Positions 37,071-48,800 of a stretch of 64,000 nucleotides of DNA are shown one piece after another; position 1 is the stretch's first letter, and each line of letters begins with the position of its first letter. The DNA lies in contig NC_058373.1 of assembly GCF_018350175.1 (NCBI RefSeq), forward strand, positions 114,144,001 through 114,208,000. The letters are read 5' to 3'. Source of the DNA: Felis catus (Eukaryota). The notes beneath the pieces are model-generated. The model was not told the origin of the DNA. It searched no databases and worked only from the letters and a program-made list of their open reading frames with translations. Made by a program: the position numbers and the translations under genes.

Positions 37071-38129
37071 ATTATTTCTATAGAAACTGTGATAGAGCCA
37101 TCAGCACAAGAAGAAATCATCCCCTCTACAGGAAGATGGTGTTGGCTCTGGATCTAGAGATGGGTGGAGTAAAGGGGAGACTGAGGTCTGGTAAGGAATG
37201 CCCAGGCAGGGAGGAGCCCGTGTTATTGAACTTGAACCTCATCCTGCAGCTGCAGGCCGGCCATCTGCCCAGAGTGACGGGAGGGGCCGTGGGGTTGGGG
37301 ACTAGGATTCTAAGCTCTCACCGCAGGAAGCAAACAAGGGCTTAACCGAAGGATGAAAATGGTTTGGCAACACTGAGAGCCCAGTTGCGGTCACACCGTG
37401 GGATTTAGTGATAGAGACCATAGGCACAGACACACAAGTCTCCACAAAGCTAGGAGACCGAAGCCAAAGTGGTGAGGGGGTAAGGGTGGGGATCGTAGGA
37501 TTAACTCAGGTTTGGGAAATGGTCTAACAGATCCAGCCAAAGTTCAGAGGGGATGGTGAGAGCCTCAAGAAATCTTTTCCCACCCCCAAATGGAAAGATT
37601 AGTGTAATACCTAAGTAAAAATACTTTTGCAACCCAGGAAATAGAACTAAGAAGTTATCTTTGCCTATGAAAATGGCTTTACAGACCCAACCTCAGTTGG
37701 GCATAGACCCTGAGTTGCTGTTATGGTATAAAAATAACAACAACAAACAATTGCTACAGCACGTCACAGTTTACAAAATGCTTTATACAATATATTAACC
37801 CAATCTCTTGGAGTGGGTGTTATTAAATGTTATCCCCTATTTTGCAGAAATGAAAATTGAAACTCAAATAGTGTGATTTGTCTAAGTGCAAACAGCAGCG
37901 GTATTGGGCTCCAGATGAGGATGAAGGGCAGAGTTGTGATAATTAATATACTCTCTTGTGACCTACTCTTCTGTTTTTGTAAAATGACTTTTGTTAGGAA
38001 ACAAATATATCCCGTGCCTGTGACCTTGACCTCCTCAACAAGATGAATTAACCTTGTGAGCCACCAAGAAGAGCCAGTTCTCTCCATGTTTAGAGAGTGG
38101 GCTTAGTGTTTTACCTAGCAGACTGATCT

Positions 38130-38545
38130 TGCTGTGCCTGGAACAGACCATGCACATTCTTGCCACAGGACCATTCCCTGTCAGGTGGTTCCTACACCTG
38201 GAATGTTCCCCTCCAGATGTGGACACGCTCTTTGCCTACCCTCTTCAAGTCTATGCTTAAATGTCACTTTCTCCGTGGTGCCTTCCCTGACCACCTTATT
38301 TTTAAATTGCAACCCTCCCACCACCCTACCCATCGCTGGCATTTCCTGTCTTCCTTCCCTGCTTTATTTTTCCCCATAGCATCAATCACCTTCTAATATA
38401 CTATGCATTCTTTTCATTTTCTCCTTTCTCTACTAGCATGTGTGATAAGGACAGGATTTTTGTCTGTTTCATTCCCTGCTTTTTCCCCATGCCTAGAACA
38501 TGTCTGGAACAAAGTAGGTGCTCAAGAAGCAGTTGCTGAATGAAT
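38130..38545 (+). mobile_element. L2 3' end
   Basis: AAATGTCACTTTCTC, CCTTCCCTGACCACC, GCCTAGAACATGTCTGG, TAGGTGCTCAA, TTGCTGAATGAAT. Confidence 0.8.
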
Positions 38546-38588
38546 AGCAGTAGAGGTATTAGAACAAATTTTAAAAAATATTCGTTAA

Positions 38589-38795
38589 GGGGCGCCTGGG
38601 TGGCTCAGTCGGCTGAGCATCCGACTTCGGCTCCGGTCATGATCTTGCAGTTGGCGAATTCGAGCCCCACGTGGGGCTCTGTGCTGACAGCTCAGAACCT
38701 TGAGCCTGCTTCGGATTCTGTGTCTCCTTCTCTCTCCGCTCCTTCCCTGCTCATGCTCTGTCTCTCTCTGTCTTAAAAATAAATTAAAAAAAAAA
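38589..38795 (+). mobile_element. Can-SINE
   Basis: GGGGCGCCTGGGTGGCTCAG head, (CT)n, A tail; degenerate TSD. Confidence 0.93.
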
Positions 38796-39263
38796 TTCTT
38801 AAGAACATTAGCACAGTGACTAGCTCACGATAGAGAATTGATGCATGTTGGTTCCCTTTCTCTCCTTCCCTTCTCCTGTGTTAAATGTTATCCACTCAGC
38901 ACGGTCTTTTTTTACAATTAAAGTATTTCTGGAAGGATAACACATTAAGACTTGACATCTAGTCCATGAAGCAGATATTGCAGGGAAAGCCCCCCCGACA
39001 CTGGCCCTCTAGGGAAGTGGGTGAGTCATACCCTGAAGTAGCCAGGGTCTCCTGGTCCATCTAGTGGGAGGGGGACTCAAGGTCTCCCTGGGCATTTCCC
39101 ACACTGTCTGTGATTCCACCCAAGTGTGAACCAGTGCAGGGCAGATGGGAGACAGGCATGGGGGACTGTGGTGGAGTGAGGCTCCCTCGTTTTCACCTGC
39201 TAGAATTGCCACCTTCACAGACAGCCGTGCAGGTGAATCCTGGCACATCTGTTCATTGACCTG

Positions 39264-39789
39264 TATATGGAAGGTGAAAGTTTTCCTCAAACCTCTTGGG
39301 GTCCCTGGCTAGGTCTGAAAATTAAACTGATACAGACAGTTTAGTATGAGAAAAGCATACATATTTGTTTAAGGTAGGTTGTATGTGATGCGGGAACCTT
39401 CCCAAGGAAATGGAGGCCTGGAGAAACTGTCGGATCTGAGTATTTGCAGGCTCTGTTTGATCAGGAGTGGGCAGTCGTGGAGGAATGTGATAGCTTAAGG
39501 AATATGAGGCAAGTGTAGTAACCTGGGGGAGCTTAGCAAAGCCTGTTTATTAAGGTTCCTCTTGTCCCTTTGTCTTTGGAGATAAGATACCTCCAGGTAT
39601 AGGAAGGGCACCCTTTAAATGAGGGTCTTATGACCCATTTCATGGGAACAGTGTTGGTGAGGGGCAGGGTGAGGGGTAAGAGAACACAGTGATATTCCTG
39701 CTTCTGCCATTTTCTCAGTCTCCTTCAGCTTAAAGTATTCAATATGCCAAGGTGCCATATTTTGGGGTAGCATATTCTGAACCCCCTCA
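39264..39789 (-). mobile_element. ERV1 solo LTR (MER34/MER39-like)
   Basis: Reverse complement begins TGAGGGGGTTCAGAATATGCTACCCCAAAATATGGCACCTTGGCATATTGA; 4-bp TSD CCTG at 39260-39263 and 39790-39793. Confidence 0.8.
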
Positions 39790-41716
39790 CCTGCCGTGGT
39801 GTTGCAGAGGGTCCCGTGACTTTGGCTGGGGCATTGCTGGGTTCCTCACTCACACACTCATCCTTTCATGCTCACGTTCATTTATTCAGGAGGTGTATAC
39901 CGAGTATCAGCATGTGTTTAGTGCCGTGCTAGGGCCTAGGGGAGCTGTGTAAACAGAACAGACTCAGGCTCATGGCTCCCAGTCTGTAAGGCGGACAGAC
40001 CTCAAACTTGAAAGTCTTTCCAGACCCTGCGCCACCTTTTGGTTTGACTTTCCTATCTTCCTTTGGAGTTTTTTCTTCCCAGAGCCTTGCTCAGGCTGCT
40101 CCAGGAACCAGTGGCCTCCTACCTCTGCACCCTCCCTCCTTGCAGAGCAGGCCCTCATTCCCCGTCCCCCACCCTGCCCCAGATTGTTCCAGAAGCAAGA
40201 GCCAGATGGAGGATTGTAGCCCCAAGCTAGCCAGCGGGCTAGTCAGGGGGAGAAAAGGGCCTCTAATTCCCTAAGGAGAGGCTCGCCTGTCCTGAATGGC
40301 AGGTGCCAGAGCTTTGGGGGAGCAGGGCAGGTCAGAAGAGGAGGAGCCCAGAGCAACGGGGGGACCCCCAGGGCAGAGGGGAGGCAGGCTAAGCGGGGAT
40401 GGCTAGAGAGAGAATGAGAGAAAAGGAGAGATCGAGGAGTAGTTTTAGTGTGTGAAACAAGAGGGGAACTGTCACAAGAGGTTTGGGGAAGCTTTGCTGT
40501 GAAATACCCAGCGGGTACCCCCTGCAAGACCTCTGGAGAAAACCGGCTGTGGAGATCACATTAGTCCTGAAAGCTGTAGGAGTAGCTGTGTTTCTCTGAC
40601 GGTGAGTCCAAGTGGAGGCTGTGCTGCAGGGACGGCCAGCCTGTTCCCTGACTGTTTCCGCACACTGTGGGTTTCCACTGTTCCCCGAGTAAGCCACACG
40701 ATTTCCTGCCTCTCTCAGCCACCATTCAGGGCCATTCTCAGGAGTCCCCAGCATCTCCAGCAGTGCTACCTCTCCTTCCTACGATCCTTCCAAGAACTCT
40801 TAGCTGGCCACCAGGAAGCATTCTCTGTTCCTCCCCCCACACCTTCAACCTCTCCTCGGACATTCCCTTGTACTTGGTCATTATCTTCCTGAACATGACT
40901 TAGCTGTTGTACCACCTACATTGCACACTCCTTGAACCAACTTCCCAGAGCAAGTCCCAGAAAGGTTGCTCATGGAACGGGCTGGTAGCAAAGGCAATCG
41001 ACATCCCAAATGTGCCTGCCCCCTTGGGTCTAGTCCCTGGAAACAACTCCAGTGGCCTTGAAGAATTAATATTCCTGTCAGAGCGGCTGCCCTTCTAAGG
41101 GTCCTGATAGCTCTTGTTATATGCAAAGTGGAAAAGGTAAGGGACTGTTCTCTGCATTTCCTGCCTTTCAATTGAGTGAGGACAGACAGATGATTTATTG
41201 GGCATTTCCTAGCCTCTCCTTCACCATAGGAAACCAGCCTGAAAAAAAGGTGCAAATTTTAAAAAGATGTGTGGCTGTTTTGAGGGGGCGTGGGGAGAAT
41301 TCCTGTGTACCATTAAAGTGAACAAAGAAAACCTCTCACAGCAGGAACTCTGGTCCAGAAGCAGACTACCCATAAATTCCCACCACCCTTTGAGGGCGCA
41401 AAGCCACGTGTGCTGGTGCTGGGAGACTAAGGCTTCGAAGTGCCCTCCTCTCTTGGCTCCCCATTTCCGGATGATCCAGCCTGGGCTTAGGGTGGTAGAG
41501 GTGTGGCCTTAGCCATCAGCTTTCGCCACAGAGGAGCAAGGGGTCTGGGGGCCTTCCTACCCTTTCACGTGTTGGTTTCAGTTGGAAACAGTTAAGTAGC
41601 GGCACCCCACCCCTTCCCCATGAGAGAGAGAGAGCCAGGGAAAGCAGCCAAGAACTGGGGGCTCAGCAGATGCAAAAGCCTGACTGATGCTTCCCTACCA
41701 CTCTGCAGTGGGAGTC

Positions 41717-42186
41717 GTGTTCGTTTCCTAGAGCTGCCCTGACAAAGTACCACACACTGGTGCTTAACTGGGTAGCTTAAAATGACAGCAGTGTATTCTT
41801 GCCCAGTCCTGGAGGCTAGAAGTTTAAATCAAAGTGTCAGCAGGGCCCTGCTACCAGAAGGCTCTAGGGGAGTGTCCCTCTTTGCGTCTTCCAGCTTCTG
41901 GGGGTTGCCGGCCATCCGTGTTGATACTTGGCTTATAGATGCGTCACACCAATCTCTGCCTCCATCCTGCTGGCTTTCCTGTGTGTCTGATGTGTATCTG
42001 AGTCTGTGTCTCTTCTCTTTTTATAAAGACACCAGTCATACTGGGATAAGGGCCCACCATACTCTGGTATGGCCTCCTCATAACTTACATCTTAGTTACA
42101 TCTGCAAAGACCCTATTTCCAAATGAGGTCATTTTCACAGATAAGGACTTCAATGTATCTTCTTGGGATGCAGGTCAACCCACAAT
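41717..42186 (-). mobile_element. MLT1C-like MaLR solo LTR
   Basis: CAAAGTACCACA, CTGGAGGCTAGAAGT, TTACATCTGCAAAGACCCTATTTCCAAATGAGGTCA. Confidence 0.85.
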
Positions 42187-42249
42187 AGAATTCAAGTGTT
42201 TATTGTCCATGACCTCACTGGGAAGCCTTAGGTTACTCAACCAGTGACT

Positions 42250-42593
42250 ATGTGTGCTTGTGCATGTATGTGTGTGTATCTGTGATTAGTATTTATACAG
42301 TGTCATATATACACACACACAAATACTTATACACACATATGCGTGTGTGCACATGTATAAAAAAATACCTATAATGTGTATTTACCTATATATACCTATA
42401 ATATAATAAGTTAGTTGTTATATATGATATCATATATGTAATACTATGTAAATATATATGACACTGCATATATGACATTATATAAATACAAGTGGCAGGT
42501 ACCTATGATTTGTATATGTGATGTCTGACATAATATAAATATATATGGCACTAATAAATACATATATGACACTATATAAATACCAATCATAGG
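42250..42593. repeat. AT-rich (TA/TG/CA) low-complexity tract with degenerate ~22-bp units and a 31-bp inverted repeat
   Basis: Unit ATATATGACACTATATAAATAC and variants; inverted copy at 42280-42310. Confidence 0.85.
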
Positions 42594-43889
42594 AGCAATT
42601 CTGAGTAATGCCCTGATTTTATTAATCTAAAGACCACAGAGCTGCTGTTAACCTATTTCCTGTGGTTTTCCCACTAAAGAAATGATGCGAAAGGTCTGTC
42701 TTTACCCAGGTTGAATTCTGACGAGGACGTGAGCACTTAAGACAGACAGAGACGCTGTGTGTCTGCCCAAGTGTCCCAGTGCCACAAGCCAGTCAGTAGC
42801 TGTGCGGGCCGTGCGGCATTCTCCCTACCTTGTGTCGGAGAAGACCCAGCCCCAGAGATGCAATGTGGCTCGTCCAGGTCCATATGGGCGCAAACGATTC
42901 TACAAGTAGAAGTCATGACTGCACACACCCAAGGCTCCCCAACTCACCCCACTTCCTTCTCTAGCTCCTCCGCACCCCACTTTCCCGACTAAGATTTTTC
43001 ACTTGACTTACTTCCATGGAGCATGCCCAGATGCTAAAGATGGTCACAAAAATAGCACTATTTTCCCTTCAAATGAGCTGGGAAATTATTTTCATGGAGG
43101 TCTTACTACATGCCAAGTTTCAAGTCCTTTGTGTTCAGTTGTCCTGGGTTATTGGCAAGATAGGGGGAAAACCCCCTTCCTTTTTCAATTTTATTAAGGA
43201 TTAGAAAAAAAATTTTTTTCTCCAACTCCAAACTGACTGACTGAAAGCTTAATCTCATTTTCTGGACACAGTGGCCTGCCTGGGATGTCTTTAATGAGGT
43301 TGGGACTCAGGGTCTCTCAGGGGCTCCCTCTCTCCCAAGCCTCTTTGAAAGTGACCTTCAGAAGTCTTGAAACGGCTCTCACCCTCACACACTCGTCCTC
43401 CCCAGGTGGCCTACCTGGGGCTCCCCCGCCCCCTGCAGTCTCCACTTTGCAAGGTGGCCTGACTTCCCTTCTGAAAGCCCAAAGGCCCAATTCACTCTCT
43501 GTCCTGCTTGCCGGGATCATCCCGCAGGAAATGGGCCAGATTCAGGAATGCCTTTTTAAATGGGGTTTTGGAGGCACTCCGCTTGGACTCTTTGCTGGAG
43601 ACTTTTTGCCAGGGCCTTTGCCCATCTAGGATTTCCAAATGGACTGGCAGAGATAGCACACAGCCTCCTACACCTTTCTCTGCTACTCTCCACTTCCTTT
43701 CCCCCCAGCCTCCCCATTTAAATCTGTACCCAAATAAATTCTGTACCCAAATAAATTCTGAGCTCTTTGCACAGTGCCCACCCCATAGCCTCTGAGGGAC
43801 AGGAGGAAGAGTGCAGCGTGACTCTGCCAGGGTTCTGTTTGGCCACATCTGGCTTGTACTCAACACATCCTAATTCAGAGAAAGCCTTA

Positions 43890-44075
43890 CTGTTATGGGC
43901 CTCGAACGTTAGGGAGCATTAGAATCCCTTGGGAAGCTTGTGAAGAATGCAGATTTCCGGTCCCAATGCTGAAAATCTTAATGAGGTCTCGGACAGAGAC
44001 AGAGAATCTGCATTTTTGGAGCAGCTAGGAAGATTCTGGTGCTGGTAGCCTAGGGGACACCCTGGGAGAAATGTG
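43890..44075. mobile_element. MER5-like hAT MITE
   Basis: GCATTAGAATCCCTTGGGAAGCTTGTGAAGAATGCAGATT, GAGAATCTGCATTTTT. Confidence 0.7.
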
Positions 44076-44451
44076 GCTTCATTCTTGGTCAGGCATGCTC
44101 ACCTGGGCCTCAACTCTGCCAAGCTTGCCCTGGGCACTTAGCGAAGGTGACTAGGAGGAAGTAAAGACAGAAGTGCAAGGGTACAGACTGAAGCACTGAT
44201 GTAAACCAAGTAGGCGTGGGGTTGCGCCTGGGGAGTTGTCTAGTTCCACGTGCGATCGCTCAGGGACCGTCACCGTGGGGTTCCACGTGGAAACACGGCT
44301 GGAACAGTGACTGGAGAGACACTGCGATCTTCCACCGCCAATGTTGGTGCCTGTAGAGCCTTCTCCCTGATCTGGCTGTCGAGCCAGATGGAGGAGCTGC
44401 TCCTGAATGCCGTGATCCCAAGGAGGGAGCTCCTTCAGCTTCTCCTCAGAG

Positions 44452-44660
44452 ACAGCATAGCATGGTGAGTACAAATGCTGGCTTTGAAACCGCCCTGCCT
44501 CGGTGACTGTCACCTGCCTGACCTCCCAGGGTGAATTTAAACGCTCACGCTACTTACTCTCCCTGTGCCTCATTGGGAAGAGGAGGACAATAGTACCCAC
44601 CTCAGGGGGGTCACTGGGGGACCAGATGAGGTAACACATGCAAAGTGCCCAGCAGTCCTG
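44452..44660 (+). mobile_element. MIR
   Basis: CTGTGCCTCA, AATAGTACCCACCTCAGGG, ATGAGGTAACACATGCAAAGTGCCCAGCA. Confidence 0.65.
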
Positions 44661-47600
44661 GGAGCAGCAAGGGCTCAGGGAACGTGAGCTGCCGTCTTTG
44701 TTCTCATAGCTGCTCCCTCCCATCTGCCTGGCAGCACATCTCTGAAGCTGCCTGGTGTAGAATTAGACCACATGAATACTTTGGATAACCCATGAGTGTC
44801 CTTGTCTCTCTGTTCCCAGAAAGCTCTGGGGTTTCCCTTTTTCTCCCTCTGAAAGCCCTCGACACCCTTCCAGTACCATTTTGGAAGAGGCAACAACAGC
44901 ATCCCCCTTCCTCTCCAAGTGACCTCACCTTGCAGGACACTGTCAGCCCCTTCCAGTCATACTGAAGGAACCGCTCGACAGATGGGGGCCAGACCTTTGC
45001 AACCAAAAACTCTGGTTTTGAATTCCAAACCTCTCCCTGACGAAGGCTGTGTGATCTACAAAGTGAGATAGGGAGTTCAAGGTTGGAATCAAAGGCTCCA
45101 GAGCAGATGGAGAAAGGAAACGCACATATGCCGAAGCCCAGACAGCACCCAATTAATCCCCCGGTGCCTTTGCCAAGTTGGCTGTGGGGGCTTTTGTGCC
45201 TGTCTCAGCCTCTGAGCACTCTTTGCCTCAGTTTCCCCCTGCAAATTGGAGCCAGCACCCACAGGTGTGTTGTGGCACATGGTAAACGAACTCCTTTTAT
45301 GTGCCGTGCAACATTGGAAGCAATATTAGTATTGGCTCTCTGTTCTCATGACTAGCTGTGAGGACCTACGTGAATAAGTGTTGCTATGGCTTCATGAAGA
45401 AAAGACCCTAATGTAGCAGAGTAACTCGCTGTTCTTCACAAACTAGTCATTCCCTGGTGCCTTCATCAACAGTGTGTATCCAAAAAGTATCCTGCCTGCC
45501 GGTGAAACCGGTGTGGTTTTGTGCTCATCCAATGTGTGGCACAGACACCCCAAGGTGAACATTCCTAGCCCAGAGAAGTGAGGAAGGACGGAGCAACATC
45601 TTTGTGAGACAGAGACACAAAAACCTTCGGGCGTTTCCTGGATGGAGAATGTCGCCGACACACGCAAACACTGGCCATGTGTCCCCACAAAGCAACACCC
45701 TACTCGTATGTTCTACCGAAGGACCTGGGTCCTGCCAGGGTTCACAATGGGGCGCAGGGGGGCCAGCTTCCCTCACCCTGGAGGCTCCCTGGCCAGTGGG
45801 AAGGCAGAGGCTGGGAGCAGAGCCATAGTATGCCTTGTTGACTCTGTCGAGTTCAGAGAGGGCTTTCCATTTGACTTGGCGAAGGAGAAAAGTTCTTTAT
45901 TTCCCCCAGCCATGGAGCCTGCCAGCCGCAAGGCTGAGGGAGCAGTTTACCCTTCCTTCTCTGACTCCCACATCATGACCTGCAGAGGTCAGTGAAAAGC
46001 CCCATCCAGGACGGGCCAGGCTGGGTTTGCAATGCACCCGTGTTGTGCCCAGAGCGTGCTCGTTCTTCCCTTCCAGCCCAGCCAGGCAAGCCTTCCCAGT
46101 GATATTCCCGAGCTGGCTTTTTTTTTTTCCTTTCTTTTTTTCCCCTCAGTCCAGAGCCCAGTTATTTACCCAAAGAAAACAGGGAAGTGACAAGGTAACA
46201 GAGTACACATGTTGTGAAAATATGCAGGCTGAGGCTGAAGGAAAGAAAACATTCTTCCATAAGTAGCTGCCTTGTTAATTCATTTTCTTCTCCAGATTAG
46301 AACCAGCCATTTCTTGTGCTCCTGCAGGCACCTTCTGTGGTTTCCTGACAGCTGCCTGCAAAGGGGTGAAATTTGGCTTGAAAAATGGGCCATCGGTCAT
46401 GCTTCAGGGGGAGGGCAGAAACCAAAATTCCCAGATTGCTCAAATTCACTGCTCCCTTTCTAGATGGGAGCGAAAGAGGGAGAGGTGGTGGGGAGAGGAT
46501 TGTATAAACTCTGAGGCGTCACCTGATTTTCCATAAGAAATGACAGCTCGGTAATGAACAGTTCTTGGGACGTGCTTTCTTGCCTCCTCTGAAATTGGTT
46601 TCCGATCCCTGGCAAGGCTATGCGCTGTAGCCTTGAGCAACAGTCACAGGCCGATTCTCGGCACTTAAAAATATCATTGGCCCTGATAGAGAACTCTTGG
46701 GTACCCCCGCCCCCCGCACACACATACACACCCTTTTCATTATGTGCCAAAGATCACTTTCCCAAACCTGTTTCAGAACAGCTGCCTGTGATCGAGAAGT
46801 AGGCTCCGGCCCTGCATACCCTGAGTGGACCGGGGAGGAACCGGGGTTATTAATAGCATTTTGCTCTGCCCCGTGTTTGGGGCAGAAAACGGGTGATCTA
46901 CGTCTTTTCAGGGGGGAATGGGGTCATAATCAGTCTGGGGCTCAGTTTTTATTTACTGGGTTTTTGAAACCTCAGGGCCGGCAGAGGAGGGTGAAAAAAG
47001 CCTGCAGAGAGGCTTGCTGTGGCCAGTTATCCCTCTGGTACAAATCTTCATGCTTCTCATTTTTTCCCTCCTTAATGTTCCCGGTCTCCTTTTCAGCCTG
47101 TGGGTGTTGGCCCATGGCTTGTCCGGGCTCCTTTCAGAAGAGGTCTCACCACAGAGGCCTGCACAGCCCCTGTTAGCATTGCTGTTGCACTTTCTGATAC
47201 CAGGAGGCCTCTGGAGCTTGGCGGTCTTTCCCAGTGTAGGACAGGCCTGTGAGAAAGAAGGTGACGTGGTCCTTTCCGAGACAGGAGGCCTGTGCAGGCC
47301 TGAGCGGGGGAGCTCTGGTTGCAGGAGACTTCCCACCCCTTACTTACCGCCGCAGGGTTCATCAGCTTCCCACCAACAGCACCCGGCAGCCTTAACCTCA
47401 GGATGGGTGGACATCCTACTGTCTCCCTGCGTGGCTTGCCACAACTGCATGGCACCTTCCCAAGAGCCCAGGAGAGGGCTGAACTTCAGGCCTGGCATAG
47501 TCTTCACTATCAAATCAGGTTGAAAGGGAAGTGGGAAACTTTGAGATCGAGGTGGGTTGTGGGTCTTAGGATAAGGTTTGGCCTCCAGGTGGACGTGTCC

Positions 47601-48539
47601 TGTTGAGAGAGCTGGTGAGCAGAAGGCACTTGCCCACAGCCTAGTTGGGAGGGACTCTCAGAGCACCAGTGTTCAGGGCAGGGGCTAGGAAAGCCCAGCC
47701 ATGCCCCCTAGTGAGTGTCCTTAACATGGGCCACCAGGTTCCCACTGAGTGAACACAGCGTCTTCCCACAATGGGCCAGGATCCAGCCTAGGCCGTAGGT
47801 GAAAGACCATTTCCGATGATTGTTTTCACATATTCTACATCCAGTGCATGAAAACACAATAGCAGCAGGAAAAATCCACTCCCCCTCTCAACACATGCAA
47901 CACAAAGGTGGTCCTATCCTTCACTATGGGAAGGTCAGAGGACCCTTTCCTCATTCCAGTCCTTGATGTGGGTCCAAGGGAAGCAGTGCCTTTGAACTCT
48001 GTGGCATCCACAGCAGGCCCAGCTGGGAAGGTGTGGACGGGGAGCCAGACAGGACATGCTGCCTTATCAGGGGCCAATCTCAGGCCCTCCTGTGAGAACC
48101 AGGCTTCCTCCAGCAAAAGGTGATTTAGAGCCGTTTGTTCAACCATTCTAAGAGGCTGAGGAGGGCCCAGGGCGGTTAAAATTGGACTCTGTCAGAGCCA
48201 GGTCTTTCTATTTAGAAGTTTCTGCACAACCCCTTGAGAGAAAACCTCACTGTGTCCTTGTCCCAAGCAAGTCTGCTTCTTGAACTAGGCACTTCACTTT
48301 CTCACTTTTCCATTTTGGCCATCTTTCAAATGCCTCTAAGCATCAAACAACGACACATAGGAATGACTGCCAAGCCCTTGGTGATGAAGAGCTGGCATGG
48401 AATGGATTCTGTTGCCATTCAGTTTTAAGAACCAGCCTCTGGGCTCCTGTGATTGTTACTAGAAGGATTCTGGGTAAGACTAGTCCTCAGATTTCTCCTA
48501 TTCTTCAGACCTCTACCTTCCATTACCAGAATCTGAGAT

Positions 48540-48800
48540 TTGAGCATTAGGGGCCATGATTGGTCATCCCAATACAGGATGCTCTGACAGATGACCATCA
48601 GAGGTTTGAATTCTTCCAGGATGGGATACACACTACCTTGTGAAGATATCTGAGCCGTTGTTGGAAAATGTTCATCCTCAAAAAGTTCTTTCTTATACTG
48701 AGATAGAATCTGGCACTCTGTGACTTTGATCCATTGACCCAGTTTTACAATATTCTCAAGGGCTGGGCAGCAATGTCCCCAGGTTCCAATATCCAGACAC
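48540..48800 (-). mobile_element. L3/CR1 fragment
   Basis: AAAAGTTCTTTCTTATACTGAGATAGAATCTGGCACTCTGTGACTTTGATCCATTG. Confidence 0.6.

Noticed and set aside
44250..44470. ORF ending at a consensus donor ATG|GTGAGT
   Set aside because: The donor lies at the 5' edge of a MIR, and there is no convincing acceptor or recognisable peptide.
46697..47606. Overlapping 95-169 aa ORFs, one hydrophobic
   Set aside because: Multiple overlapping frames on both strands are expected by chance in GC-rich sequence; no homology recognised.
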